From an uncultured cyanobacterium (GTDB lineage: Bacteria > Cyanobacteriota > Cyanobacteriia > Cyanobacteriales > Nostocaceae): DNA of 64,000 nucleotides. Location of the stretch: positions 2,560,001-2,624,000 of the forward strand of contig OY970166.1 of assembly GCA_963706595.1 (NCBI GenBank), given 5' to 3'. Position 1 is the first letter of the stretch, and each line of letters starts with the position of its first letter. The position numbers were made by a program, and so were the translations under genes. Shown in pieces: positions 32,765 through 44,465 of this stretch. The notes beneath the pieces are model-generated. The model did not search any database. It was not told the origin of the DNA and saw only the letters and a program-made list of their open reading frames with translations.

Positions 32765-35700
32765 GTGGTAAAAACTTCAATGTTAGAGATCAACCGTTTG
32801 CAACTGCAAGGTTTACATAGATTACGAGTGGCGAAAGTTGCAAGTACCATAGTGGTATTAGTCGGTATTTTGGTGCTGTTTGGCTGGTTTTTCGACCTGC
32901 AATTGATCAAGAGGTTTGGCGACACCAGTTTAGTGGCAATGAAGCCCAATGCAGCTTTATGCTTTTTACTATCTGGTGCATCTTTGTGGATGTTGCTGAG
33001 GGGACACAGTAACAAGAGTCGTTCCACTATTGCTTACTTACGCTGCTCTAGGATTTGTGCAGCAGCAGTTGCTTTGATTGGTTTACTGACAATCAGTCAA
33101 TATTGGTTCGGCTGGAATTTGGGCATTGACGAGTTACTATTCCAGGATAAACCGGATGCTTTATTTACATCCCATCCAGGGCGCATGGGGTTTAATACTG
33201 CCTTAAACTTTATCTTGGTGGGTATATCTTTAGAAATTTTGGCGCATCCAAAAAATCGCCGTAGTTATTGGTATGTGCAAGTTTTTGCCCTGATTACTGC
33301 TTTGATTTCTTTACAGGTACTCATTGGCTATGCCTATAAAGTCCAAATTTTCTCCCGTATTGCCTCATATACAACATCAATGGCATTACATACGGGAATC
33401 ACCTTTACTGTCCTGAGTGTAGGCATTCTGTGGGCGCGTCCAGATCAGGGATTAATGCAAGTAGTCATAAGTGATACCTACGGCGGCTTAATTGCGCGTC
33501 GTTTGTTGCTGGTCGCGATCGCCATACCATTAATTTTAGGCTGGTTAATCCTCCAAGGTCAATTAGCCGGACAATACGGTTCAGCTTTTGCTCTATCGCT
33601 GTTTGCGATCATCTTAATTATAATTTTTACCATTTTTATTTGGCAAAGTTCAGCCGTGATTTCTCGCCTGTGTCGTCAACATGATGAGGCGCAAAAAAAA
33701 CTCAGGGCTTATGAAGAAAAACTCAGAAGCTTTGTAGATGCTAACGTGATTGGGATTAAGTTTGGTGATGTGTATGGGGGTATTCACGAAGCCAACGAAG
33801 CATTTCTAGAGATGATTGGCTACACGCGTGAGGATCTGTTAACAGGCAAGTTAAATTGGCGAAATATCACACCACCAGAGCATATATACTTAGATAAGCA
33901 AGGAATCGCCGAAGCCCAAGGAAATCCTAACGGTGCTTGTACTCCTTATGAGAAAGAATACATTCACAAAGATGGTAGGCGAATTCCAGTTTTAGTTGGT
34001 TACGTATTGGTAGGCGAAAACCGCGAAGAATCAGTGGTGTTTATTCTCGACTTAAGCGAACGCAAGGCAGCAAAGCAACAAATATTACAACTAAACAAAG
34101 ATTTACAACGTCGGATTGCGGAATTACAAACTTTATTTCAAGTCATCCCCATTGGGATTGGTATTGCTGAAGATGCGGAGTGCAAAACTATTAGAGCTAA
34201 CCCCTGTTTGGCTCAACAATTGGGGGTATCACCAGATGATAATGCCTCTATGAGCGCTCCTGGTGCAGAAAAACCGACAAATTTTAAAGTCTACAGCGAG
34301 GGGAGAGAACTATTACCAGAAGAACTACCCATGCAGTACTCTGCTGCTCATGGAGTCGAAATGCTTAATTGTGAACTGGATATTGTTCATGAAAATGGCA
34401 AAGTTGTGAAGTTGCTAGAACACGTCGCCCCGTTGTTTGATGAAGATGGTGACAGCAGAGGTAGCGTTGGTGCATTTTTGGATATTACGGAACGTAAGCA
34501 GGTAGAAGAAACCATCCAAAATCAGCAGAAATGGCTGGAAGATGTCTTAAACATGATGCCTCTACCATTACTGTTTATTGAACCAAAAACGGGGCGGGTA
34601 ATCTTTGCTAATCGAGCCTGCTGATCAATTAGCTGGAGGTGAGTTTCCCAAAGATGTCCCAGTGGAAGAGTATAGCAACTTTTACCATTGCACAGATGTG
34701 GACGGAAATCGCATCCCTAACGAGGAAATGCCTGGGGTAAGACTTGCCCGTGGGGAACGTTTAGATGGATTGGAGGTAGACTGGTACACGAATGGATCTG
34801 TGCGCTCTATATTAGTATTTGCTGATACTCTACCAGCAATGCACGGTCATCCAGCTACCTGTGTATCAGCTTTCCAAGACATTACCAATCTCAAGGAAAT
34901 AGAAAAAGCTAGAACATTAAATTATAAAAGGTTACAGCTGCTATTTAACACAGCCAGCGATTTATTATCCAGTCAGCAGCCAGTAGCACTGATTCACAGC
35001 TTCTATCAAAAACTGGCCGAACAGATTGGTTTGGATGTTTATTTTAACTATTTAGTTGAGGACAACTCTCAGGTAATGCGCCTAGCATCCTTTACAGGCG
35101 TTTCTGAGGAGACCGCGAAAGAATATGAATGTCTGAAGTTTGGTCAATCAGTGTGCGGGACTGTAGCCGCAGAACGCCATCCGATTTATCTAGAAAATGT
35201 TCAGGAATTAACTGATCCCAAAACCGCCTTAATTCGGAGTTTAGGAATTACAGCTTCTTATAGTTACCCATTAATAGCTCAGGATCGGCTTTTGGGTACT
35301 ATTTGTTTTGGTAGCCGCAGTTGCTCTCAATTCAGTGAAAATCAAAGAGGGATGATGCAAGCTGTATGTGATCAAATTGCGATCGCAATGGAAAGAGCGA
35401 GTTTAATTACTTCTTTGCAGCAGCAAACTGAGCAACTGCGAGAAGCTAACCGGATGAAGGATGAATTTCTAGCGATATTATCTCATGAGTTGCGATCGCC
35501 TCTGAATGCTATTCTCGGCTGGGCGCAATTATTGCGATCCTCGCGCAAACTCAGCGATATTCAAATAGCCAAGGCGATGGAAACTATTGAACGCAATGCG
35601 AGGATGCAAACTCAGCTAGTAGAAGACTTGCTAGATATCTCCCGGATGATTAGAGGTAACTTACATCTCAATGTTTGTACTTGCGATTTGGTTCCTTTAA

Positions 35701-36650
35701 TTGAGTCAGCCATTGAGACAGTTCACCTAGCCGCCCAAGCCAAAGAAATTGATTTGAGCATTTCCCTAATTCCCTTCCCAGAAATGCAGCAGAATCCTTC
35801 GAGATTTTTAGTTGCTGGTGATATTGAGCGTTTACAACAAATCATCTGGAATTTATTGTCTAATGCGATTAAATTTACACCTACAGGCGGTAATGTAGAA
35901 ATTAGACTTTCTGTGAGCATTGATGATAGTCAAGAATTATCAAAAACAACGACTAGCTATGCTCAGATTCAAGTCATTGATACAGGTATTGGGATCAAGC
36001 CAGAATTTCTGCCTTATGTTTTTGACCGCTTTCGTCAAGCCGATAGTTCCAGTACAAGGTCTTATGGCGGACTAGGATTAGGTTTAGCAATTGTCCGTCA
36101 TTTAGTCGAATTGCATGGTGGTGCTATCTCTGTCGATAGTCGGGGTGAAGAGCAAGGCGCAACCTTTACCGTTAAGTTACCACTGTTGTTACAAAGTCAG
36201 GCAGTGATTCCAGATTCAGTTCATAGGAACAACGCAGATTTTGCTGATCCGTCCCCGGTTCCCTCTCTTTTAGGTGTGCGGGTGCTGGTGGTCGATGACG
36301 AAATGGACACTCGTGATTTTATCACTACGGTACTGCAAGAGTGCCAAGCCGAAGTTAAAGCGGTGTCATCGGTTCAAGAGGCATTAAAGGTGATTGTAGA
36401 CTGGAAACCGGATGTTTTAGTCAGTGATATTGCCATGCCGGGAGAGGATGGTTATTCGTTAATCCGGAAAGTGCGATCGCAACCACCAGAGCAAGGCGGT
36501 AAAATTCCCGCCGCAGCCCTAACAGCGTATGCTAGAGCCGAAGACCGCACAAGAGCTATCCAAGAAGGATATCAGTTACACTTACCTAAACCCATTGAGC
36601 CGGCTGAGTTAGCTACAGTAGTAGCGAGTCTTGTAATTCGTAATTCGTAA
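32765..36650 (+). CDS. Hybrid sensor kinase (TM-PAS-PAS-PAS-GAF-HisKA-HATPase-REC), +1 frameshift at about 34617
   Basis: SHELRSPL, NLLSNAIKFT, GGLGLGL, C-terminal REC domain; removing one C gives FANRAADQLAGG. Confidence 0.85.
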
Positions 36651-36675
36651 TTCGTAATCATATAAGCTATATCAT

Positions 36676-36720
36676 AGCCCCCTCCTCGCTTGCGGGGAGG
36701 GGGTTGGGGGTGGGGTTCTT
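36676..36720 (+). repeat. About 43-bp GC-rich dispersed repeat upstream of dnaE-N
   Basis: Inverted copy at 39415-39456; another copy at about 28094-28132. Confidence 0.8.
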
Positions 36721-36785
36721 GTTCCTCACTCAACTAGAAAACGCTATATTGCAGTCTTATCAGCTTGTGCTGGGAGAAGTATTAT

Positions 36786-39416
36786 ATGTCCTTTGTACCG
36801 TTACATATTCATAGTGATTACAGTTTACTCGATGGAGCCAGTCAGTTACCGGAATTGGTAGATCATGCCATATCTTTGGGGATGAAGGCGATCGCACTCA
36901 CCGATCACGGTGTCATGTATGGTGCGGTAGAATTAATTAAAATTTGCCGTAGTAAGAGTATTAAGCCAATTATTGGCAACGAAATGTATATTATTAACGG
37001 CGATTTCACTAAACAAGAACGTCGTCCGAAATATCATCAAGTTGTTTTAGCTAAAAATACTAAAGGTTATAAAAACTTAGTTAAACTTACTACAATTTCC
37101 CACCTCGAAGGTGTGCAAGGTAAAGGAATTTTTTCGCGTCCTTGTATTAATAAAGATTTACTCAAACAATATCGGGAAGGCTTAATAGTCACCAGTGCTT
37201 GTTTAGGTGGAGAAATTCCCCAAGCCATCCTCAGTAATCGACCAGATGCGGCGCGGAAAATTGCCAAATGGTATAAAGAAATCTTTGGTGATGATTATTA
37301 TTTAGAAATTCAAGACCACGGTTCCCAAGAAGACCGCATTGTTAACGTTGAAATTGTTAAAATTGCGCGGGAATTAAATATTAAATTTATTGCTACCAAC
37401 GACTCTCATTTTATCTCTTGTTTTGATGTCGAAGCCCATGACGCTTTGCTATGTATTCAAACTGGACAGCTAATTAGTGAAGATAAACGGATGCGTTATA
37501 GCGGCACAGAATATCTCAAATCTGCCGATGAGATGAAGCAGCTATTTCGTGACCATTTACCAGATGATATCATTGCCGAGGCGATCGCCACCACCGAAGA
37601 AGTAGCCGATAAGGTGGGAGTTTACGATATTATGGGTGATCCTCAGATTCCCACACCAGCGATACCTTCCGGTCATACTCCTGACACTTACGCTGAAGAA
37701 GTAGCTTGGAACGGATTATTAGAAAGATTAAATCGCAAATCCCGCAGCGAAGTAGATCCAGTCTATAAAGACAGATTAGAATATGAATTAAAAATGCTGC
37801 AAACAATGGGTTTTTCTACATACTTTTTAGTCGTGTGGGATTACATCAAATTTGCCAGAGATAATAATATTCCTGTTGGTCCTGGACGTGGTTCTGCGGC
37901 TGGTTCATTGGTTGCGTATGCCATGAAAATTACCAACATTGACCCAGTGCATCATGGCTTACTATTCGAGCGATTCTTGAATCCAGAACGTAAATCAATG
38001 CCTGATATTGATACAGATTTCTGCATTGAAAAACGCGATAAAGTGATTGAATATGTAACAGAAAAATACGGTAAAGATAGAGTTGCTCAAATCATTACAT
38101 TTAACCGATTAACTTCCAAAGCCGTGTTAAAAGATGTCGCCAGAGTCTTGAATATTCCTTATGGGGAATCAGACAAAATGGCGAAATTAATTCCAGTAGT
38201 GCGGGGTAAACCCACCAAACTGAAAGTGATGATTTCGGATAAAACCCCAGCCCCGGAATTTAAAGAAAGATATGATAATAATGCTCATGTGCGCCATTGG
38301 CTGGATATGGCCATCCGCATTGAAGGAACCAACAAAACCTTTGGTGTCCACGCAGCCGGCGTAGTCATATCTGCTGACCCCTTAGATGAAATTGTCCCCC
38401 TTCAGAGGAACAATGACGGCTCAGTAATTACCCAGTATTTCATGGAAGACTTGGAATCAATGGGTTTGTTAAAAATGGATTTTCTGGGGTTACGTAACCT
38501 GACCCTAATTCAAAGGACAGTTGATTTAATTGAACAAACCAGTGGCTTTCGTATTGACCCCGATAACATTACAGGTGATGAAAGAAAAGCCCAAAAAATC
38601 TTAGCCAAAGGTGAACATAGCAACCTACCCAAAGATGTCAAAAAATCCTACGAACTTTTAGAATCTGGGGATTTAGAAGGAATATTTCAATTAGAATCTT
38701 CGGGAATGCGTCAGATAGTCCGAGATTTGAAACCTTCTAATATTGAAGATATTTCTTCGATTTTGGCACTATATCGACCAGGACCTTTAGATGCGGGATT
38801 AATTCCCAAGTTTATTAACCGCAAACACGGACGGGAAGCAATTGATTATCAAAGTGCTATTTTAGAACCGATATTAAATGAAACCTATGGAATCATGGTT
38901 TATCAAGAGCAAATCATGAAAATTGCTCAAGATATGGCCGGATATACTTTAGGACAAGCCGACTTGTTGCGCCGCGCCATGGGTAAGAAAAAAGTTTCTG
39001 AGATGCAGAAACAGCGAGAAAAATTTGTTGATGGTGCGGCAAAGAATGGAGTTAAAAAACAAGTAGCCGATGAATTATTTGAGCAAATGTTGAAGTTTGC
39101 CGAATATTGTTTAAGCTATGATACAGAAATTTTAACAGTAGAATATGGCTTGATGCCCATTGGTGAAATTGTCGAAAAAGCCATTGAATGTAGTGTGTAC
39201 AGTGTTGATAATAATGGTAATGTTTACACTCAACCCATTGCACAATGGCACAATCGCGGACTACAAGAAGTATTTGAATATAGTCTAGAAGATGGTTCAA
39301 CTATTCGCGCCACAAAAGACCATAAATTTATGACCACTGACGGGCAAATGTTACCAATTGATGAAATTTTCGCCCAGGAATTAGATTTGCTGCAAGTGCA
39401 TGGTTTACCGAAGTAA
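36786..39416 (+). CDS. dnaE: DNA polymerase III alpha, N-terminal part (DnaE-N) with split intein N fragment
   Basis: [20 protein letters not shown] domain, [18 protein letters not shown]; ends ...[19 protein letters not shown]. Confidence 0.96.
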   Translation: MSFVPLHIHSDYSLLDGASQLPELVDHAISLGMKAIALTDHGVMYGAVELIKICRSKSIKPIIGNEMYIINGDFTKQERRPKYHQVVLAKNTKGYKNLVKLTTISHLEGVQGKGIFSRPCINKDLLKQYREGLIVTSACLGGEIPQAILSNRPDAARKIAKWYKEIFGDDYYLEIQDHGSQEDRIVNVEIVKIARELNIKFIATNDSHFISCFDVEAHDALLCIQTGQLISEDKRMRYSGTEYLKSADEMKQLFRDHLPDDIIAEAIATTEEVADKVGVYDIMGDPQIPTPAIPSGHTPDTYAEEVAWNGLLERLNRKSRSEVDPVYKDRLEYELKMLQTMGFSTYFLVVWDYIKFARDNNIPVGPGRGSAAGSLVAYAMKITNIDPVHHGLLFERFLNPERKSMPDIDTDFCIEKRDKVIEYVTEKYGKDRVAQIITFNRLTSKAVLKDVARVLNIPYGESDKMAKLIPVVRGKPTKLKVMISDKTPAPEFKERYDNNAHVRHWLDMAIRIEGTNKTFGVHAAGVVISADPLDEIVPLQRNNDGSVITQYFMEDLESMGLLKMDFLGLRNLTLIQRTVDLIEQTSGFRIDPDNITGDERKAQKILAKGEHSNLPKDVKKSYELLESGDLEGIFQLESSGMRQIVRDLKPSNIEDISSILALYRPGPLDAGLIPKFINRKHGREAIDYQSAILEPILNETYGIMVYQEQIMKIAQDMAGYTLGQADLLRRAMGKKKVSEMQKQREKFVDGAAKNGVKKQVADELFEQMLKFAEYCLSYDTEILTVEYGLMPIGEIVEKAIECSVYSVDNNGNVYTQPIAQWHNRGLQEVFEYSLEDGSTIRATKDHKFMTTDGQMLPIDEIFAQELDLLQVHGLPK
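39108..39413 (+). other. Split DnaE intein N fragment (102 aa)
   Basis: [14 protein letters not shown] block A and ATKDHKF block B; same length and pattern as the Npu DnaE N-intein. Confidence 0.93.
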
Positions 39417-39456
39417 GAACCCCACCCCAACCCCTCCCCGCAAGCGAGGAGGGGCT
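39415..39456 (-). repeat. Inverted copy of the GC-rich repeat overlapping the dnaE-N stop
   Basis: AAGAACCCCACCCCAACCCCTCCCCGCAAGCGAGGAGGGGCT. Confidence 0.8.
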
Positions 39457-39541
39457 TTGTAGGTAGTAAGGACTTTAGTCCTCTCCCTCTCCTATCAGAA
39501 ACCCTACACAAACGAATAAAAAAGGGCTAAATTCATATCTT

Positions 39542-39621
39542 GTACCAGGCGACTAGAAGTCGCGCCTACACAGACGAAACCCGCACTTCGACACGCTCAG
39601 TGACCACCTACGCGGGTTAAA
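39542..39621 (+). repeat. About 80-nt dispersed element with a nested 23-nt insert at 39585-39607
   Basis: Matches the reverse complement of 20237-20316. Confidence 0.8.
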
Positions 39622-39686
39622 CTCAAACTCTTATAACTCTGTGTCCTCTGTGTCTCTGTGGTTCGTTTATAAGGAGAACTGGAAAA

Positions 39687-39800
39687 ATGACCCTTACTTT
39701 TAATCCAGATAAATACAAGAAATTATTAACAGCTTATCTTCCCAAGCTTATCAAGACTGAAGCAGAAAATCAATACCTTGGTCTGGAACCATGCCAGTGA
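39687..39800 (+). pseudogene. Truncated HigA-like antitoxin N-terminus (37 aa)
   Basis: Hand translation MTLTFNPDKYKKLLTAYLPKLIKTEAENQYLGLEPCQ*; AAGGAG RBS; family assignment is from recall. Confidence 0.55.
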
Positions 39801-39937
39801 ATTAACTGAAGAAAGCTAAACTCTATTGTATATCAAAAAAGTTCAATTAAGCACTTCTTCCTTCTCTTTCTTCCTTGGCGTACTTGGCGTACTTGGTGGT
39901 TCGTTAAAAAAAAGAATTTGAGACTGTAACCAACATA

Positions 39938-39973
39938 AAGATCCCCGACTTCTTGCAAGAAGTCGGGAATCTG
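39938..39973. repeat. Palindromic repeat / hairpin
   Basis: AGATCCCCGACTTCTT-GC-AAGAAGTCGGGAATCT. Confidence 0.7.
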
Positions 39974-40081
39974 AGTTTCTCGTGAACATTCAATAATTAT
40001 TCTTCTGTAATGTTAACTTCAAAGCTGCCAATATCCAAGAGGCGATAATGCTTAATGGCACGTTAACAGGAGAATACAATC

Positions 40082-40943
40082 TTGGAGACAAAATTACTGA
40101 TTTCCCCCCAAGAACTCACATCTTTGTTAGCAGAAGAAACATCACAAATTGCCATTATTGATACCCGCAGTTCTGAAGAATATGTTAAATCCCATCTTCC
40201 TGGTGCTATCAATATCCGAGAATTATTTACTTACCTTTTAGAAAACTCACAACCTGACGGATTAAAGAAATTATCCGATCATTTTTCTGAACTGTTAAGC
40301 AAAGCCGGAATTTCTGGTGCAGAAAATTGATTGTCTATGAAGATACTTTAAATCAGGGTTATGGACAATCTTGTAGAGCGGCTTTTTTGCTGAAGTATTT
40401 AGGTTGTACTCAAGTATCTGTGCTGCACGGGGGCTATAAAGCCTGGGTGAAGACTGGATTACCTACCACTCAAGGAGAAGTACCTATTCGCAAAAGTAAA
40501 GTGTTTACAGCGCATCCTGACCCGGCAATCATGGTGACTACACAGGAGATGTTACAGGCTACTGGATGACCCGACAATTATAAAATTAGATGTGCGCGAT
40601 CGCAATGAATGGCAAGGACTAAGTTCTTCTCCCTACAGTCCTGATTTTTGTCCTCGCAAAGGCAGAATCCCGAATGCTGTATGGTTGGAATGGCATCGTT
40701 TAATGAATTGCGATTCCGAAATCCCCAATGTTTCGCTCACCAGAAGAAATCTTAGAAATTTGTCAATCTGTGGGTATTACTTCCAATTCAAAAGTGTATA
40801 TTTACTGCTTTAAAGGTTCCAGGGCTGCTAATACAATGATTGCTTTACAACAAGCAGGTATTTATAGCAGAAATTATTTTGGTTCTTGGAATGAATGGTC
40901 TCGCGATTTCTCTCTCCCAATTGATGACAGAATCATCTCATAA
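40082..40943 (+). CDS. Tandem-domain thiosulfate/mercaptopyruvate sulfurtransferase, broken by three single-base indels
   Basis: Four consecutive ORF pieces: DTR..EY..SHLPGA, VLHGGY, GRIPNA, YCFKGSRA, YFGSWNEW; shifts at about 40325 (-1), 40560 (+1), 40725 (+1); about 286 aa when repaired. Confidence 0.8.
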
Positions 40944-41011
40944 TATAAATCTTGTGGGTGAGGGCAAAGATGCCCGCCCTTGCTTTCAGTAATTATACAT
41001 ATACAGTCGAA

Positions 41012-41389
41012 TCACTTTTGCTCTTCCAGTGTTTTGGCTGGTATTTCAATTGCTTTAATGTCAATTGTCCCGTCTGGTGTGAAGCGCTGAAAATGACCTT
41101 GTTTGACTGATAATTGCTCTCCACAATTAGGACACTGCAACTGAGTGTTATTCAAGCCTGTAAATTCATAATTGCAGACAGGACACTGATCATTAACTAA
41201 ATTGCGTTGTAGCCACCAGCGAAACCCGAAGAAGGCGACAATGGGTGTCAAGAACAGCAAACCAAAGATAATTAACAACGAATTCACCAACCACCCTAAG
41301 CCTACTGATGCTAGCAACCAGAAAACTGCCAACACAGTGAACCAAGGGCGTAGATTTTCAAGACTCAATTGCAAAGATTTAAGGCTCAT
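41012..41389 (-). CDS. Conserved cyanobacterial membrane protein with zinc ribbon
   Basis: Two TM segments then CPVC...CPNC. Confidence 0.75.
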   Translation of the reverse strand: MSLKSLQLSLENLRPWFTVLAVFWLLASVGLGWLVNSLLIIFGLLFLTPIVAFFGFRWWLQRNLVNDQCPVCNYEFTGLNNTQLQCPNCGEQLSVKQGHFQRFTPDGTIDIKAIEIPAKTLEEQK

Positions 41390-41511
41390 TTTTTAAATTA
41401 TTGTCTTGCTCTTCCTCTAGGATAGCGAGTTTAAGGGAGAGTCAAAAGCCCACAGTCAACTCCTAAAAGTCAAGAAATATTAATTAAGTCTTGGGACTAT
41501 GGGCTGACGAC

Positions 41512-42675
41512 TCAGGATAAAAGCAGTTCTTGGAGACGCTGTTGAAAGGCTTCTATACCAAAAAGAGCGATCGCCTGTTCTCTTAACCATTCCCCATGAC
41601 AACGCTGATCGTCACCTTGCAAAATTTCCAGACAAGCTGTTGCTACCGCCTCTGGGTCGCGGTGGGGGACTCGCCACCCCAATTTACCATCCTGCAACGG
41701 ATCAGCCGAGCCATCGTCATCACCGGATAGCACTGGGACACCGCAAGTCATGGCTTCTAGATAAACAATCCCAAAGCCTTCTTGAGATGGCATAATATAG
41801 GCATCAGCAAGACGATAGTGGGCTATTAACTCTTCTGTCGGCACAAAACCCGCAAACACGACGCGATCGCTCACGCCTAAATCTTCTGCTAGCTGGGCTA
41901 ATCGCGGTTGGTCATCGCCCCGACCAATGACTAAATATTTGACTTCCGGGAAAACTGCTGCGATTTGGGGTAGGGCGCGAATCGTGACATCTACACCTTT
42001 GTAAATATCTCCTGACCACAGTCGCGCCACGGTCATTAATACTTTAGTACCACCTAAGCCATACTGCTCAATCAATTCTGGCTGTTTGGAACCAGGAGTA
42101 AATTGCTCGCCATCAATGGCACAAGGTAGCATCTTAATTTTATCAGGATTTAGACCATTGGCAGCACAAGCGCGATCGCGGCTGTAGCGGCTAATTGTCC
42201 AAATGGCATTTGCTGAGGCTAAAGCGTTTCTTTCACTGTTTTTTAGCGGTTCCCAAACTTCTTTGCCGTAAGTGAGGACTGTGTAGGGAATACCCAACGG
42301 CTGGCATAGGGTTTTAATGAGTAAAGCGAGGTTAATATGACCACAATAAACGTGCTGAGGGCGTTTTTGTAAAAGAAACTTCAGCAAAGCCCCTGCCATT
42401 TTCAGCCTCCCGATTTGAGGCGACTTATTTTGAAAGTAATGAAATTTTAAACTATCGGACTCTAACGGATTTGAGTTCTCAACACTGTCCCGCAACAAAA
42501 AAACTTCTGCTTTACAGCCAGCATGGAATCCCGCATAAGCACGAAAAATATCCTTAACATAAGATTGAATCCCACCTTCGCGGGCAAAAATCTCTAGAAA
42601 CACAAACAGATGATGAGCTTGTTTGTTAAGTTTCTGCTCTAAATTTGGCTTTTCTTCAACTATATCAATCCGCAT
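41512..42675 (-). CDS. GT4 family glycosyltransferase
   Basis: KGVD, EGFGIVYLEAM motifs. Confidence 0.9.
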   Translation of the reverse strand: MRIDIVEEKPNLEQKLNKQAHHLFVFLEIFAREGGIQSYVKDIFRAYAGFHAGCKAEVFLLRDSVENSNPLESDSLKFHYFQNKSPQIGRLKMAGALLKFLLQKRPQHVYCGHINLALLIKTLCQPLGIPYTVLTYGKEVWEPLKNSERNALASANAIWTISRYSRDRACAANGLNPDKIKMLPCAIDGEQFTPGSKQPELIEQYGLGGTKVLMTVARLWSGDIYKGVDVTIRALPQIAAVFPEVKYLVIGRGDDQPRLAQLAEDLGVSDRVVFAGFVPTEELIAHYRLADAYIMPSQEGFGIVYLEAMTCGVPVLSGDDDGSADPLQDGKLGWRVPHRDPEAVATACLEILQGDDQRCHGEWLREQAIALFGIEAFQQRLQELLLS

Positions 42676-42733
42676 TTAAATTCCAGTCAGTTACGGGAAA
42701 AATCAACGAAAATTCACTAACTTTATGACTAAA

Positions 42734-43171
42734 CTAATCTTCTTTAGCATATTTGAGGATCAGTAAACAATTTTTACCATCTGTACTGCGTTCGTAAACA
42801 ACATGGTCAGCCAATCGTCGCAGGAGAAACCAGCCATATCCCCCCACTTGCAGAGTACCTGGCTGTGGTTCGGCGATCGCATCGGGATTAAAGGGTTTAC
42901 CTTGATCCCAAATTCTCACCTCCAGTCTGTCAACCCACAGACTAACTTCAATCTCTATGGTCGTTTCTGGCGGTAAAGCACCATGAGCGTGACGAACTGC
43001 GTTGGTAAAACCCTCAGCTAATGCTAAATTGAGGCGATAAAGTTGGCTTTCTGACCAGCCAAATTGAGACAAATATTTTAAACAGAATTGCTCAAACCAT
43101 TGTTGTACGTTGTTCAGGAGCTTTAGTTCGCTCTTCACCGCCAGATGGTCTTGCTGCATGATGGTAAGCAT
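42734..43171 (-). CDS. RsbW-like anti-sigma factor / Ser-Thr kinase (HATPase_c)
   Basis: LALAEGFTNAVRH, IWDQGKPF, GGYGWFL; likely start at 43171. Confidence 0.85.
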   Translation of the reverse strand: MLTIMQQDHLAVKSELKLLNNVQQWFEQFCLKYLSQFGWSESQLYRLNLALAEGFTNAVRHAHGALPPETTIEIEVSLWVDRLEVRIWDQGKPFNPDAIAEPQPGTLQVGGYGWFLLRRLADHVVYERSTDGKNCLLILKYAKED

Positions 43172-43297
43172 TGACCGTGACTTGAATAAAAGTTTAGTAA
43201 AAAATGCCTGTACTTGTAGCTTTTTAGAGACTTTTGAGTGGGAAATGTATTTTCTATCCCACACTAAGAAGCCTAAATTCTACTCTGATTACTAAAA

Positions 43298-43633
43298 TTG
43301 ACACCTGTAGGTTTCCAAATTACATCTGCCAAAAGTAGGAGCGACTTTCAAAGAAGAGGCAGGGGGAAGTGGGCTTTCTAGCAGGGAGAAATGACTCCTT
43401 CCTCCTGCCGTGAAGCGGAGCGGAACATGGGTCTTAGTCCCCCACTTCTACAAAGTGGTTCTCGTCCTGGTGGGGTCGAATCCCCATCTAGACTTTCCCC
43501 CCCTGCTCCCTGCTCCCTTGCCTCTTTTTCAAAGCACACTTCAGTGGTGATTGCTTGGTGCAGTTTTTAGCAAATTAGCTTTCTGCAATCAACTGCTAAA
43601 TTTGGGAAATGATCTGGAAACTACAGGTGTCAA
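43298..43633. mobile_element. About 335-bp element with long imperfect terminal inverted repeats and nested small repeats
   Basis: TTGACACCTGTAGGTTTCCA ... TGGAAACTACAGGTGTCAA. Confidence 0.55.
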
Positions 43634-43652
43634 AGGCTATTTGCTGTTTAGC

Positions 43653-44136
43653 TTAGAACAATCCCAATGTCAAGGATTTATCCAATGGTAAAGCAGCGCC
43701 AATACCTAGCCACAGGGTAACAAGTGTACCAACGAGGAACACTGTAGTCGCAACTGGACGACGGAAGGGGTTTTGGAACTTGTTCACGTTCTCAATAAAA
43801 GGAACGAGGATCAATCCCAGAGGCACAGACTGCCATTGCTAACACTCCTAAAAGTTTGTTAGGAAGCGATCGCAACATCTGGAATACAGGGTACAAGTAC
43901 CATTCTGGTAAAATTTCCAAAGGTGTGGCAAAAGGATTTGCTGGTTCACCTGTCATGGCGGGGTCTAGCACAGCTAGAGCCACAATACAAGCAAATGAAC
44001 CCATGATCACAATGGGAAATACATACAGTAGGTCGTTAGGCCAAGCGGGTTCACCATAGTAGTTGTGACCCATGCCTTTGGCGAGTTTAGCTCTTAACTG
44101 AGGATCACTCAGATCGGGGGGTTTGTGCGTTGACAT
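43653..44136 (-). CDS. petD: Cytochrome b6f subunit IV, +1 frameshift at about 43830
   Basis: [13 protein letters not shown] and PEWY; the shifted frame continues [31 protein letters not shown]; span is 484 nt = 160 aa + stop + 1. Confidence 0.95.
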
Positions 44137-44207
44137 ATTTTAATTAGCTCTCCTGCTCAAATTCAGTTAAAGCATTTGTGTCAGCCATCAGCTATCAGAC
44201 AACCCCA

Positions 44208-44320
44208 GTACAGCACGGCGTAAATAGCACAACTGTCTCCAATCATTTTTGACTTTTGACCCCTCGACTTCGCTCAGGGTAGACTTTTGACTTTTGACTT
44301 CCGCCTTACGGGTGGGGTCT
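44208..44320. mobile_element. MITE-like element between petB and petD with TTTTGAC heptamers and a nested short repeat
   Basis: AGTACAGCACGGCG...TTTTGACTTCCGCCTTACGG; insert CCCTCGACTTCGCTCAGGGTAGA. Confidence 0.55.
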
Positions 44321-44465
44321 ACAGCTTTCAGCTTCAAATACAAGTCTTTGTTCTTATTGTCGCTTATAAGATATTAATTGCTGATTTCTCATAAGTTTAA
44401 AACAAACATCTGCATCTGGGAACTGCAAGCTGTGGCCTTTTTGCATTTTGGCTGAATTATTTAGA

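Noticed and set aside
42734..43171. Assignment as pmgA
   Set aside because: Generic RsbW-like protein; I do not recognise PmgA-specific sequence
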